A stretch of 64,000 bases of DNA from an uncultured Planctomycetota bacterium. GTDB lineage: Bacteria > Planctomycetota > JACOTG01 > JAUIME01. The stretch is taken from NCBI GenBank assembly GCA_964597885.1, contig CAZQZX010000001.1:9849-73848 (forward strand). Direction: 5' to 3'. Below the pieces are notes generated by a model. That model ran no database searches and had not been told where the DNA came from. It saw only the letters and a list, made by a program, of their open reading frames with translations. The position numbers and the translations under genes are program-made. The number at the start of each line of letters is the position of its first letter. The stretch's first letter is position 1. Shown here in pieces: positions 1-9,135 of the stretch.

Positions 1-963
1 GACATCGTCCCGGGCGTCTCGGGGGGTACCGTCGCGTTGATCCTCGGGATCTACGCGAGGCTGGTCGGCGCGATCAGCCGTTTCGACGGGCGCCTGGTGA
101 GGCTGGTCCTCGAGCGACGGCTTCTCGAGGCGGCCCGGCACATCGATCTGCGCTTCCTCGTCGGCCTCGGCGCGGGAATCGGCGCGGGCGTGCTCGGGCT
201 CGCGAGCGTGATGAACCGTCTTCTCACCGAAGACGCCACCCGTTCGCTCACCCTCGCCGCGTTCTTCGGGCTGATCCTGGCGTCCTCGGCGATCGTCGGT
301 CGCCTCGCCCTGCGGGATACGAAGCTGCCGGCGTTCGGCGCCCTGGCCGTGCTCGCGGCGGGCTTCGCGTTCTGGCTGACGGGCCTCGAGGCGGTCTCGG
401 GAGGGGATCCGTCGCTGCCGTACGTGTTCTTCTCCGGCGCGATCGCGATCTGCGCCATGATCTTGCCCGGCATCAGCGGAGCGTTTCTGCTTCTTCTGCT
501 CGGGATGTACGTGCCAATCACGGGCATCCTGAAGCGCCTGCCGAAGCTCGACGTCACGACGAACGACGTCGTCACGGTGGCGGTGTTCTCGCTGGGCTGC
601 GGGATCGGGCTTCTCGCGTTCAGTCGCGTGCTCCGCATCCTGCTCGACAAGCGCTTCGGCCCGACGATGTCCGTCCTCGCCGGCTTCATGATCGGGAGCC
701 TCCGCAAGATCTGGCCGTTCCAGCGCGACGTGACGCTCGAGAATCTCGATCGCGCCGGGCTCCCGGCCGAGGAGATGGACGAGCTTCGCGCGCACCCGGA
801 GCTCGTCTCGGAGCTCGATCTCAAGCACCGGCTCTTCGAGAACGTCTCACCGACCGGCGACGCGGGCGAGCTCGTCGCGACGCTCGGCGTGGGGCTCGCC
901 GCTGCGGTGGTCGTCCTCGTCGTGGACGCGGTGGTCCGACGGCGCGAGGGATCGTCCCTCTGA
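1..963 (+). CDS. DUF368-family membrane protein (putative undecaprenyl-phosphate translocase), 5'-truncated by window edge
   Basis: Frame 1 opens DIVPGVSGGTVALILGIY and later repeats AMILPGISGAFLLLLLG, the paired DUF368 motifs; multiple TM segments. Confidence 0.85.
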   Translation, partial: DIVPGVSGGTVALILGIYARLVGAISRFDGRLVRLVLERRLLEAARHIDLRFLVGLGAGIGAGVLGLASVMNRLLTEDATRSLTLAAFFGLILASSAIVGRLALRDTKLPAFGALAVLAAGFAFWLTGLEAVSGGDPSLPYVFFSGAIAICAMILPGISGAFLLLLLGMYVPITGILKRLPKLDVTTNDVVTVAVFSLGCGIGLLAFSRVLRILLDKRFGPTMSVLAGFMIGSLRKIWPFQRDVTLENLDRAGLPAEEMDELRAHPELVSELDLKHRLFENVSPTGDAGELVATLGVGLAAAVVVLVVDAVVRRREGSSL

Positions 964-1080
964 TCCGGACGCCCTCCGTCGCGGGGCAGGATCTTCCGGC
1001 GCGTTGACCATTCTCCATGCAATGTGGAAGATGGAGCGGTCCGGGACGCACTGACCCCAAGAACCGCAGGAGGGATTGGC

Positions 1081-2214
1081 ATGCAGACACTCCGTGGAAC
1101 GCTCGCGATCTTGCTGACGTTGGGCCTCGCCCTTCCCGTCGCCGCCGGAACCGTTCAGTTCTCGGACGGTGACTTCAACAACGGCGATTGGAACGTGCAG
1201 ACGCTTGTCTCGGGCGGCACCGGGACCGGGAGCTTCGTCCAGCAGTCCTCGGGCGGGAACCCCGATTTCTACCGGCAGCACACGATCGACCTGATCTCGA
1301 ACACGGTCGTCGCGATCGTTGCGGAGTACACGGCGTCGAACTTCGATCCCTCAACGGGCGGCATCGGCGCGATCGACTACTCCGAGGATGCGCGGCTCAC
1401 GTCGGGGAGCGACGAGGGCATGCTCACCTATCCGCTCGTCGTACAGGACGGCGTCAACTACGTCGGGCCGAGCCAGGCGACGCCCGAATCGGGCTGGACG
1501 CCGAAGTCCGCGAACGGGCTGACGTCGGCCGATTTCGGACGGCTCCTCGGGAACCTCAACGTCGACATGAGCGACAACCCGGACTTCGCGCTCGGAGCTT
1601 CCGTCGTGAGCTTCGGCTACGTGCGCCTGGTCGCGGTGGAGGCGGACGCGACGCGGATCGGCGACATCGACAACTGGAGCGTGACCGTGGAAGTCGTCGA
1701 GCCGATCGGAACGTGCGGCGCCGGCCAGATCAACCTGGGTTGCGGCTCGTCGTCGGATGTCCTCTTCGTCAACGGTTCGTCCGGTGGCGTCGATCGCATC
1801 CTCACCGTGTCGACGGGGGATCCGCTCTCGGCGACGATCGCCGAGCCGCCGATCTCGGTCGGCGACGGACGACCGACGGCGGCGTGTGTCTACGTCTGGG
1901 GCGGGGAGCCGCTCGCGAGCGACATCGTGGCGCTTCCGAAGAATCTCGGACCGATGTGCTTCGGACCCTTCATCATCGCGACGCAGGCGCCGGCGCGCAT
2001 CTGGAACGGCATCGGGATCAACCCGAAGCTCGGCACCGACAATGGCCCGGGCGACCCGCCGATCATCGACGGACCCGCGTTCGAGTTCCTGTCGCTGCCG
2101 AACGGCCTCAACCAGACGCTGAACGTGACGTTCCAGGGCATCATCGAAGACCGATGCTCGCAGGGCACGGTGTTTTTCAGCGTGACCAACGGTCTCGTGC
2201 TGCGCATCGAGTAG
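1081..2214 (+). CDS. Secreted protein with beta-rich N-terminal domain and the conserved ~160-aa C-terminal domain
   Basis: GGAGG SD before ATG 1081; Sec signal MQTLRGTLAILLTLGLALPVAA; C-terminus homologous to 57051-59258 and 62549-63775. Confidence 0.8.
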   Translation: MQTLRGTLAILLTLGLALPVAAGTVQFSDGDFNNGDWNVQTLVSGGTGTGSFVQQSSGGNPDFYRQHTIDLISNTVVAIVAEYTASNFDPSTGGIGAIDYSEDARLTSGSDEGMLTYPLVVQDGVNYVGPSQATPESGWTPKSANGLTSADFGRLLGNLNVDMSDNPDFALGASVVSFGYVRLVAVEADATRIGDIDNWSVTVEVVEPIGTCGAGQINLGCGSSSDVLFVNGSSGGVDRILTVSTGDPLSATIAEPPISVGDGRPTAACVYVWGGEPLASDIVALPKNLGPMCFGPFIIATQAPARIWNGIGINPKLGTDNGPGDPPIIDGPAFEFLSLPNGLNQTLNVTFQGIIEDRCSQGTVFFSVTNGLVLRIE

Positions 2215-2267
2215 CGCGCGAGCGCTGCGAGGTCGAGCGTTGCGAGGCGACGAATCCCGGGAGTCGG

Positions 2268-2921
2268 CTAGCCCGGGATGATCTCGGCGAGTCGGTCGTG
2301 ACCGTTCTCGCGCGCGAGGTCCACGGCGGTCTTGCCGTCGCTGGACTCGACGTCGACGTCGCAGTTGTGATGCAGGATGGTGAGAAGCGGTCGCTCATAG
2401 CCGTGGGCGGCCGCGATCATCAACGCCGTCCAGCCATCCGCGCGAAGGGCGTCCGGGTCGGCGCCGCGGTTGAGCAGCGAGTCGATGGCTTCCATCTTGC
2501 CGCTGAGCGCCGCGCAGTGGATGGGCATCATCTTCGACGGGTGCGACGTGACGGCTTCGATATCGGCGCCGTACTCGACGAGGACATCCAGCGTCCGATC
2601 CTGCGAGAAAAACGCCGCGAAGTGAAGGGCCGTGAACCCGTCCTTCGACTCGTTCTTGACGCGCGACGCGTCCTCGTCGCACTGCGCCATCACGGCGTCG
2701 CGATCTCCGCGGATCGTCGAGGCGAAGACAGGATCCTCGCCGCGTGCCTCGAGCAGCGCCAGGACCATTTCTTCCTGATTGGCGACGGCGGCTCGCACCA
2801 GGATCCCGTTCTCGTTCTCGTCGACCGCATCGGCCCAATCGGGATTCTGCTCGAGAAGCTCGCGGAACTTGTCCTGGTCTCCTGCCGTGATGGCATCGAA
2901 GATCGGGGCCGTGTCGCTCAT
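2268..2921 (-). CDS. Ankyrin-repeat protein
   Basis: GFTALHFAA, MPIHCAALSG, GWTALMIAA, GKTAVDLA repeats; GGAAAGGA upstream of ATG 2921. Confidence 0.9.
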   Translation of the reverse strand: MSDTAPIFDAITAGDQDKFRELLEQNPDWADAVDENENGILVRAAVANQEEMVLALLEARGEDPVFASTIRGDRDAVMAQCDEDASRVKNESKDGFTALHFAAFFSQDRTLDVLVEYGADIEAVTSHPSKMMPIHCAALSGKMEAIDSLLNRGADPDALRADGWTALMIAAAHGYERPLLTILHHNCDVDVESSDGKTAVDLARENGHDRLAEIIPG

Positions 2922-3201
2922 CGGGTCGTACGTCCTTTCCGGCTCGCAGGGGGCTGGCGTGTGCCGGGGCCGAGTCGTCCAAACGTGACCTGGCCCCCGG
3001 GCGCCCGGGATTGTGGCAAAGAGCGGCCTACGCGGCAAGATTGCGCGGGCGGCCCGTCGAACGCGGCGCGATTCTGATAGAATTCCCCGTGCCGTGGCCG
3101 AGACGCACTCGGCACGGGAATCTGCCGGCGAAGGAACCGCTCGAGCTGCCCCGAGGACCGGGTGAGGCAGCCAGCGGTGGGGCAAGGACCGGGGATGCAT
3201 C

Positions 3202-3846
3202 TTGAAGATCCTCCTCGTTGACGATCAGGCGATGTTCCGGGAGATGCTCCGCGATCGGCTCGCGCAAGAGTACGAGTCCGCGGAGATCTTCGTGGCGAGC
3301 GAGGCCGCCGAGGGCGCCGAGCTGGCACATGAACACGACTTCGAGCTCGTCGTGCTCGATATCGATATGCCCGGCACCGACGTCTTCGACTCGGCCAGCC
3401 GCATCGCCAAACGCGCTCCCTCGGCCCGGATCGTCTTCCTGAGCGCCCACACCTACGACAGCCACATCGAGCGGGCGCTCGCGGTGGGCGCGCGCGGGTT
3501 CATCTCGAAGGACGAGCCGGCGGACGCGGTGGTGGAAGCGCTCGGCCGGGTCCTCGACGGGAAGGCGTTCTTCTCGAAGACGATCCTCGCCCGGCTCGTG
3601 CTCGAGGACGGAGAGGCACGACTCCCGGACGACCCGAAGACGAAGTTCCAGACGCTGACGCCGCGCGAGCGCGAGGTGCTCGTCTACATCGCGCGCGGTT
3701 ACACGAAGCGCGAGATCGGCGAGATGATGCACGTCGGAACCAAGACCGTCGAGAAGCACACCGAGAACGTGATGGCGAAGCTCGACATCCACGATCGTGT
3801 GCGGCTCGCGCGTTTCGCGATCCGGGAACAGCTCATCGATCCGTAG
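3202..3846 (+). CDS. NarL/LuxR-family response regulator
   Basis: REC domain (ILLVDD...LDIDMP...FISK) plus LuxR HTH (LTPREREVL...TVEKH..NVMAKL). Confidence 0.92.
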   Translation: MKILLVDDQAMFREMLRDRLAQEYESAEIFVASEAAEGAELAHEHDFELVVLDIDMPGTDVFDSASRIAKRAPSARIVFLSAHTYDSHIERALAVGARGFISKDEPADAVVEALGRVLDGKAFFSKTILARLVLEDGEARLPDDPKTKFQTLTPREREVLVYIARGYTKREIGEMMHVGTKTVEKHTENVMAKLDIHDRVRLARFAIREQLIDP

Positions 3847-3891
3847 CCCGGTCGGGGGGATGCGGCTGCACGTCGCGCTCGGGTCGCGTGC

Positions 3892-5385
3892 TCAGAGCGA
3901 TTCGTGAACGGCGCGTCCGGCTTCGTCGAGGCCGAACGGCATCACGATCGTTCGAACGCCGGAAGGCTCGTCGGTCGCTTCGGCTTCGAGCTCGACCTTC
4001 GAGAGGACGATCACCGGTACGTCGATGCCTTTCTCCCGTAGGCGTCGGATGCGCTCATGAGGATGCCCGCGCTGCGCTTCGAGCATCACGAGGTCGAAGT
4101 TTCCGTCGGCCGACTCCGTCAGACGCTCGAGGAGACGATCGGGATCCTCGTGGGCGATCTCGTAACCGAGCATCGAGAGCCCGGTCGACAGGACGGCGCG
4201 GCTCTGCGAGTCCGGCGCCGCGAGAAGGATCCGCTGGCCCGCGCCGCGAGGCACCGGCTCGGCATCGTTCTCGCCTTCGGGCTCGTGAACGGGAAGCTCG
4301 ACGATGAAGGTGCTCCCGGCCCCCGGCGTCGAGTCGACCTCGATCGTGCCGCCGTGGTCCTCGACGACGCCCTTCACGACCGCGAGCCCCATCCCGGTGC
4401 CGCCGATCACCTCCTTCGTCGTCACGAACGGCTGGAAGATCGTCGGCAGGACGTCGGGGTCGATCCCGGACCCGTCATCCTCCACGGAAAGGCGTGCGCG
4501 CGGTTGCCCGTCCTTCTCGACCCGCTCGATGCGGATGCGAATCGAGCCGCCCTCCGAGCCGAGTGCGTCCTTCGCATTGAGTCCGAGATTGAGCAGCACC
4601 TGCTGGATCTGCACCCGATCCGCGAGCACCCACACCTCGCGCCCGTCGCATTCCACCGACAGTCGAACGGAGGGCGGGCTGCTGCGCTCGATGAGCCGCG
4701 CGATCGGACGCAGCGTCACCCCGAGCTCGAGCGGTCGCTTCGACGGCCGACGCTTCTCGCTGAAATCCAGGAGCGATCGCGCGACGTCGCCGGCCTGGTC
4801 GATCGCACCGCGCACCGCTTCGATCGATCGCTCCAGGCGCTCGGGATCGGCGTCGCGCTTCTCGATGAGGAGCAGGTGGTTCGAGATGACCGTCAGCAGG
4901 TTGCGGAAATCGTGGGCCACGCCCGACGCGAGCTGCCCGACCGATTCCATCTTCTGCGATTGGCGCAGCTGGTCGAGAAGGCTGTTGCGCTCGCGGCGCT
5001 CGGCGAAGAGCTGCAGCGCCATGCGCACGGCGGGCGCGAGCCTCGTGAGGTTCTCCTTGAGGATGTAGTCGTCGGCGCCCTTTTTCAGGCATCGGACGGC
5101 GGTCTCTTCGTCGAGCGAGCCCGTGACCACGAGGAAGGGGATCTCGATGCCGGTCGTGTGCAACAAGTCGAGCGCCTCCATCCCCGTGTTGAAGCGGGGG
5201 AGCGAATAGTCGCTGAGGACGATGTCCCAGTCGCTGCCGTGGAGCTCTTCGAGGAAACGTTCGGGCGTCTCGACGCGAACGGCTTCGCAGTCGAGTCCCT
5301 CGCGGTTCATGGCGCGAAGGACCAGCTCGGCGTCTTCCTGGCAGTCCTCGACGATGAGGACACGAATCGGCGCTCGGTCGGAGAT
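3892..5385 (-). CDS. Hybrid sensor histidine kinase (REC-HisKA-HATPase-pseudoREC); probable ATC start at 5385 (first ATG is 5310)
   Basis: RVLIVED lies upstream of ATG 5310; H-box GVAHDFRN; N box QVLLNL..NA; DDGSG, F box, GTGMGL; AAGGAGG 7 nt before in-frame ATC. Confidence 0.85.
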   Translation of the reverse strand: MSDRAPIRVLIVEDCQEDAELVLRAMNREGLDCEAVRVETPERFLEELHGSDWDIVLSDYSLPRFNTGMEALDLLHTTGIEIPFLVVTGSLDEETAVRCLKKGADDYILKENLTRLAPAVRMALQLFAERRERNSLLDQLRQSQKMESVGQLASGVAHDFRNLLTVISNHLLLIEKRDADPERLERSIEAVRGAIDQAGDVARSLLDFSEKRRPSKRPLELGVTLRPIARLIERSSPPSVRLSVECDGREVWVLADRVQIQQVLLNLGLNAKDALGSEGGSIRIRIERVEKDGQPRARLSVEDDGSGIDPDVLPTIFQPFVTTKEVIGGTGMGLAVVKGVVEDHGGTIEVDSTPGAGSTFIVELPVHEPEGENDAEPVPRGAGQRILLAAPDSQSRAVLSTGLSMLGYEIAHEDPDRLLERLTESADGNFDLVMLEAQRGHPHERIRRLREKGIDVPVIVLSKVELEAEATDEPSGVRTIVMPFGLDEAGRAVHESL

Positions 5386-5427
5386 CTCCGGACCTCCTTG
5401 TAGAGGGGACCGTTGACGGGCGGTCGG

Positions 5428-5850
5428 TCAGGGGGCGTTCTCGTTCAGCGTCATCCAGTACAGGCCCACGCTCGTGAGGACCTGGTCGAATGCGGCGAAC
5501 TCGACGGGCTTGCAAAGGTAACTGTTGGCGCCGAGCTCGTACGCTGTGCGCAGATCGCTCGACTCCTTGGACGACGTGAGGATGACTACGGGAAGCAGCC
5601 GCGTCGATTCCTCGTTGCGGATGCGCTTCAGGACTTCGAGGCCGTTGATCTTCGGCAGCTTCAGATCGAGCAGGACGAGTCGCGGCCGGAGGGGCGCCGT
5701 GGTGTCGGCGGGGAAGAGCATCTCGAGGGCTTGCGCGCCATCGCGGGCGACCTCGATATTGCGAGCGACGTTGCTCTTACGAAAGCTCCGGAGTGCCAGG
5801 TCGACGTCGTGGACGTCGTCTTCCACAAGCAGGATTTCCACCTGACTCAT
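5428..5850 (-). CDS. Single-domain response regulator (Rcp1-like)
   Basis: ILLVEDD, LLDLKLP, ILTSS, GANSYLCKP. Confidence 0.92.
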   Translation of the reverse strand: MSQVEILLVEDDVHDVDLALRSFRKSNVARNIEVARDGAQALEMLFPADTTAPLRPRLVLLDLKLPKINGLEVLKRIRNEESTRLLPVVILTSSKESSDLRTAYELGANSYLCKPVEFAAFDQVLTSVGLYWMTLNENAP

Positions 5851-6124
5851 GCTCGCGCTCGCGATGCTTGCCCACGCTCCCGCGCGAGCGAACCGTGCTA
5901 CCAGGCCCCGTCGGGCCCGCGATCTTTCTCGAGGCTAACCCCGAGAGAAGAAAAGAGCGACTCGAGAATTGGGACTGCTGCCGGGCATTTGGAGGGTGAC
6001 CCAATATCTCGAGCCGCAGTGATGAAGCTTTGTTCGGGTGCCGCGTCGAGTGATGCCCGGGAGGTCGGTGAACCTCGCCGCTCGACATGGCAGATTATCG
6101 AATCCTTCGCTGTAGCACGGTATT

Positions 6125-6145
6125 AGGGATAATACTGATATCCCT
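6125..6145. promoter_or_regulatory. Inverted repeat AGGGATA-N7-TATCCCT, candidate operator
   Basis: Perfect 7-bp arms in a locally AT-rich intergenic patch upstream of the RR-kinase genes. Confidence 0.4.
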
Positions 6146-6314
6146 TTCGCCGGTCACGAGCGGACTTTGCCGTTTCTTCGCGACCCGCGTGTGGATTTCT
6201 GTTATTCGCTTGTGACCAATAGGTTAGACGTTCGGTTGCGACAAGCGCGATCTCGACCGTCTGACGGGAATGGTCACCCGCTGTCCGACAAAATGTCGTC
6301 CACTGGGAAAGATC

Positions 6315-6401
6315 CTAGCGGAACAGATCGAGCTGAGCAACATCCGAGTTGCGACCTCGGGAACGAGCGACCTTGCGGCGAAGGAGCTCGGCCTCGATCA
6401 C
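6315..6401 (-). CDS. Small ORF (28 aa) ending in beta-clamp-type motif QLDLF
   Basis: GTG overlaps the upstream TGA (GTGA coupling); MIEAELLRRKVARSRGRNSDVAQLDLFR. Confidence 0.4.
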   Translation of the reverse strand: MIEAELLRRKVARSRGRNSDVAQLDLFR

Positions 6402-7777
6402 GGAGAGGAACACGTCTCGTCCGCGGGGGAACTCTCCATCGGGGCCTCGGCGCGGGATGAGGACGCCTCGTCGATCGTCTTCGGCTCCCCGGGAAGCTCC
6501 ACCAGCACGCCGACCCGACTGTCCTTGGTGAGCTCGCCCTCGTCGAAGACGCGGATCACGCCGTACTCGCCGTCGTAGCCGGAATCGCGTCGCACGCGAC
6601 CCGCGCGCAGCCGATCGATGGCTTCGGCGACGAGCTCCGAGCCGCGATGCTCCAGCTCGTCGCGGGGCATCGTCTCGAGGATGTCGAGCTCGGAGCCGAG
6701 CCGCGCCACGAGCTTCTCGTAGGTGCGTCCGACCGTCTTGCTCTTCGGGCCGACGCCGTGGATCTCGCTCAGGATCTCGGGCAGCGGGACCAGGCTCCGG
6801 TAGGGCGCGGCCGTTTCCGGTGAAGCCGGCTCGTCGCGATCCGCGAGCTGGTCCACACGGTTCATCACGCCGACCGTGATCGGCTTCCCGCAGGCCGGGC
6901 ACGCGCCGCCGTGACGCCGCGTCTCGTCCGGGTCGAGTCGCATGCCGCACTTGCGATGCCCGTCGAGGTGGTACTTCCCTTCCTCGGGGAAGAACTCGAC
7001 GGTGCCTTCGTAGCCGACGCCCGTCTCGAGAGAGCGCCGCACGGCCATGTAGTCGAGGTCGCAGTCGAAGACGCTCGCTTCGCGGCCGATCTTGCCGGGC
7101 GAGTGCGCGTCGGAATTCGACACGAGTCGATACCGATCGAGGAACGACACGCGCCAGTTCATCGGCGGGTCCGAGGACAGTCCCGTCTCGACCGCGAAGA
7201 TGTGCGGCGTGAGATCGTCGTAGCACTCCTCGATCGAATCGAAGCCGGACTTCGAGCCGAGCGTCGAGAACCACGGCGTCCAGATGTGCGCCGGGATGAG
7301 GTAACAATCCTCGCCACACTCGAGCGTGATCTCGAGGAGGTCGCGCGAATCGAGTCCGAGGATCGGTCGCCCGTCGGACTTCAGGTTGCCGATGCGCGAG
7401 AGCTTCTCGATCAGCCGATCGGCTTCGTCGAGCCCCGGCACGTAGATCAGGTGATGGTTCTTTCGGGTCTTCTCGCCCTTCTTGTAGATGGTCGAGATCT
7501 CGACCTGCAGGAGAAAGCGAATCGGGCCGACGCACGACGGCGGGAGCCACGAATCGACCTCACGCTGGAGATCATCCCGCAGCCGGAACAGCCCGGGCTC
7601 GGCGGGGACGAGCTTCTCGCGGATCTCCTGGATCCACGCGGGGTGCGTGAAGTCACCGGTGCCGAGAAGCGAGACGCCCTTCTTGCGGGCCCAGTACGCG
7701 TTGTGCTCGAGGTCGAGATCCCGGCTGGTCGCGCGCGAGTACCTGGAGTGGATGTGCAGATCCGCGTAGAAACGCAT
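6398..7777 (-). CDS. Endonuclease Q-family (PHP-fold) protein with Zn-ribbon
   Basis: ADLHIHSRYSRATS, GTGDFTHP, PAHIWTPW, ETGLSSDP, SNSDAHS, GKYHLDGHRKC..CPAC, GYDGEYG. Confidence 0.88.
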   Translation of the reverse strand: MRFYADLHIHSRYSRATSRDLDLEHNAYWARKKGVSLLGTGDFTHPAWIQEIREKLVPAEPGLFRLRDDLQREVDSWLPPSCVGPIRFLLQVEISTIYKKGEKTRKNHHLIYVPGLDEADRLIEKLSRIGNLKSDGRPILGLDSRDLLEITLECGEDCYLIPAHIWTPWFSTLGSKSGFDSIEECYDDLTPHIFAVETGLSSDPPMNWRVSFLDRYRLVSNSDAHSPGKIGREASVFDCDLDYMAVRRSLETGVGYEGTVEFFPEEGKYHLDGHRKCGMRLDPDETRRHGGACPACGKPITVGVMNRVDQLADRDEPASPETAAPYRSLVPLPEILSEIHGVGPKSKTVGRTYEKLVARLGSELDILETMPRDELEHRGSELVAEAIDRLRAGRVRRDSGYDGEYGVIRVFDEGELTKDSRVGVLVELPGEPKTIDEASSSRAEAPMESSPADETCSSP

Positions 7778-7813
7778 CGCGCGATTCCCCTCCCGTCTTC
7801 GTGCTGTCGTGCG

Positions 7814-8596
7814 CTAGCGCTGCCAGATCGCCTTCGTGGCGGCCAGTCGCAGGCCGGCGCGCGCGAGGTTGCGGTGCGCCGGATCTCCGAACTGCGACCA
7901 CGCGACGACCAGCTTGCAGCCCGCCTCCTGAGCGCGGACGAGCCGGTGGTGAAGCACGGCCGTGTGGCCTCCCTGACGGCGCAGCACGTGGGTCGATGCG
8001 GCATCGGCAAGCGACGCTGTCTCGCCGTCGACGTGCAGCCACCCCGCGGCGACCGCCGTTCCGTACAGGCGTCCGAGACACAGCTCGATGCCCTCGATGC
8101 TCCGCCAGTGCGCGAGATCGTCCGTGGACTGGTGGTCGCCGGCCGGGATGTCCCAACCCTGCTGGTACACCTCGATGAACTCGCGGAACGCCCAGTCGGC
8201 TTCCACGGCCGTCACCTCGACTCCCGGGTTCGGCTGCAGGGCCGACGGATCGGGGACGCCGTAGTGGAGCGCGGTGAATCCGGTGTGGCGGAATCCGTGC
8301 TCGGCAAGCGTGGAGGCCGTGGCGGCATCGAGCGATCCGGGCAGGATCTCGACGCGCGCGGACGCGGCGCTGTCCCCGAGCGAATCGAGCGCGGGGGCGA
8401 GGTCGCCGGCGGTCTTCGGCGAGAGGCCGAGGACGCGCGGTTCGCCCGTCGCGGGATCTTCGGGTCCGTGAATGACCGTGAGGTCGCCGTGCTCGGTCAC
8501 CGCGTCGGCGCCCAGCCGAGCGCGATGGAACGCGGCGTCGGCAGCTTCGATGCGGGCGAGCAGTCTCGTATCCAGATCGGGTAGCGAAGTCGTCAT
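7814..8596 (-). CDS. GNAT-family N-acetyltransferase
   Basis: C-terminal motif A-like LADAAST...RRQGG and HRNLARAG. Confidence 0.7.
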   Translation of the reverse strand: MTTSLPDLDTRLLARIEAADAAFHRARLGADAVTEHGDLTVIHGPEDPATGEPRVLGLSPKTAGDLAPALDSLGDSAASARVEILPGSLDAATASTLAEHGFRHTGFTALHYGVPDPSALQPNPGVEVTAVEADWAFREFIEVYQQGWDIPAGDHQSTDDLAHWRSIEGIELCLGRLYGTAVAAGWLHVDGETASLADAASTHVLRRQGGHTAVLHHRLVRAQEAGCKLVVAWSQFGDPAHRNLARAGLRLAATKAIWQR

Positions 8597-8629
8597 CGCG
8601 ACAAGGATAGCGCCGCGCGGACGGGTTGC

Positions 8630-9031
8630 CTAGCCCGCGGCGATCGGGTCGGCGCTCAGGATCATCGCGGTACCGGTCACGGCGGTCAGCACCGTCAGCA
8701 GCAGCACGAGATAGGCGAACCGCGCGTGGATCTTGCGGAGACCCTGCCGGCCGCGGAACGTCAGCCAGCCCGTGATGATCGGAGGCAGGTAAGCGAAGAC
8801 CGTGATCTTCGCGATCAGGAGATGGACCGGCGTGATCCAGCCGGCGGACTCGAGGTCGTAGAGCTCGCCCAGCTGCTCGGCAAACCAGATCGTGATCCCG
8901 AGCGACAGAACGGTCGTGATCACCGTCGCGAGGTGAGCGCGCCGCCGGCCCGTACGGCCGGTCACGACGACCACGCCGAGGAGCGAGACGGTCAGAACGA
9001 GAAACAACACGAAGCCTGTCGTGGTGGACAC
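8630..9031 (-). CDS. Small 4-TM membrane protein with three spaced His residues (DUF420/cytochrome b-like)
   Basis: Four hydrophobic segments; His in RAHL, PVHL and KIHA. Confidence 0.6.
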   Translation of the reverse strand: MSTTTGFVLFLVLTVSLLGVVVVTGRTGRRRAHLATVITTVLSLGITIWFAEQLGELYDLESAGWITPVHLLIAKITVFAYLPPIITGWLTFRGRQGLRKIHARFAYLVLLLTVLTAVTGTAMILSADPIAAG

Positions 9032-9135
9032 CGGATTCTCCGCGCCGAGAGGGGAAAGTTAGGAGCATACTTAATCGGCGCCGCGCTGGGGCAGGGCGTC
9101 GCAACGCGCGGTGGGTTGTGCGAGAATGAGGGGGG

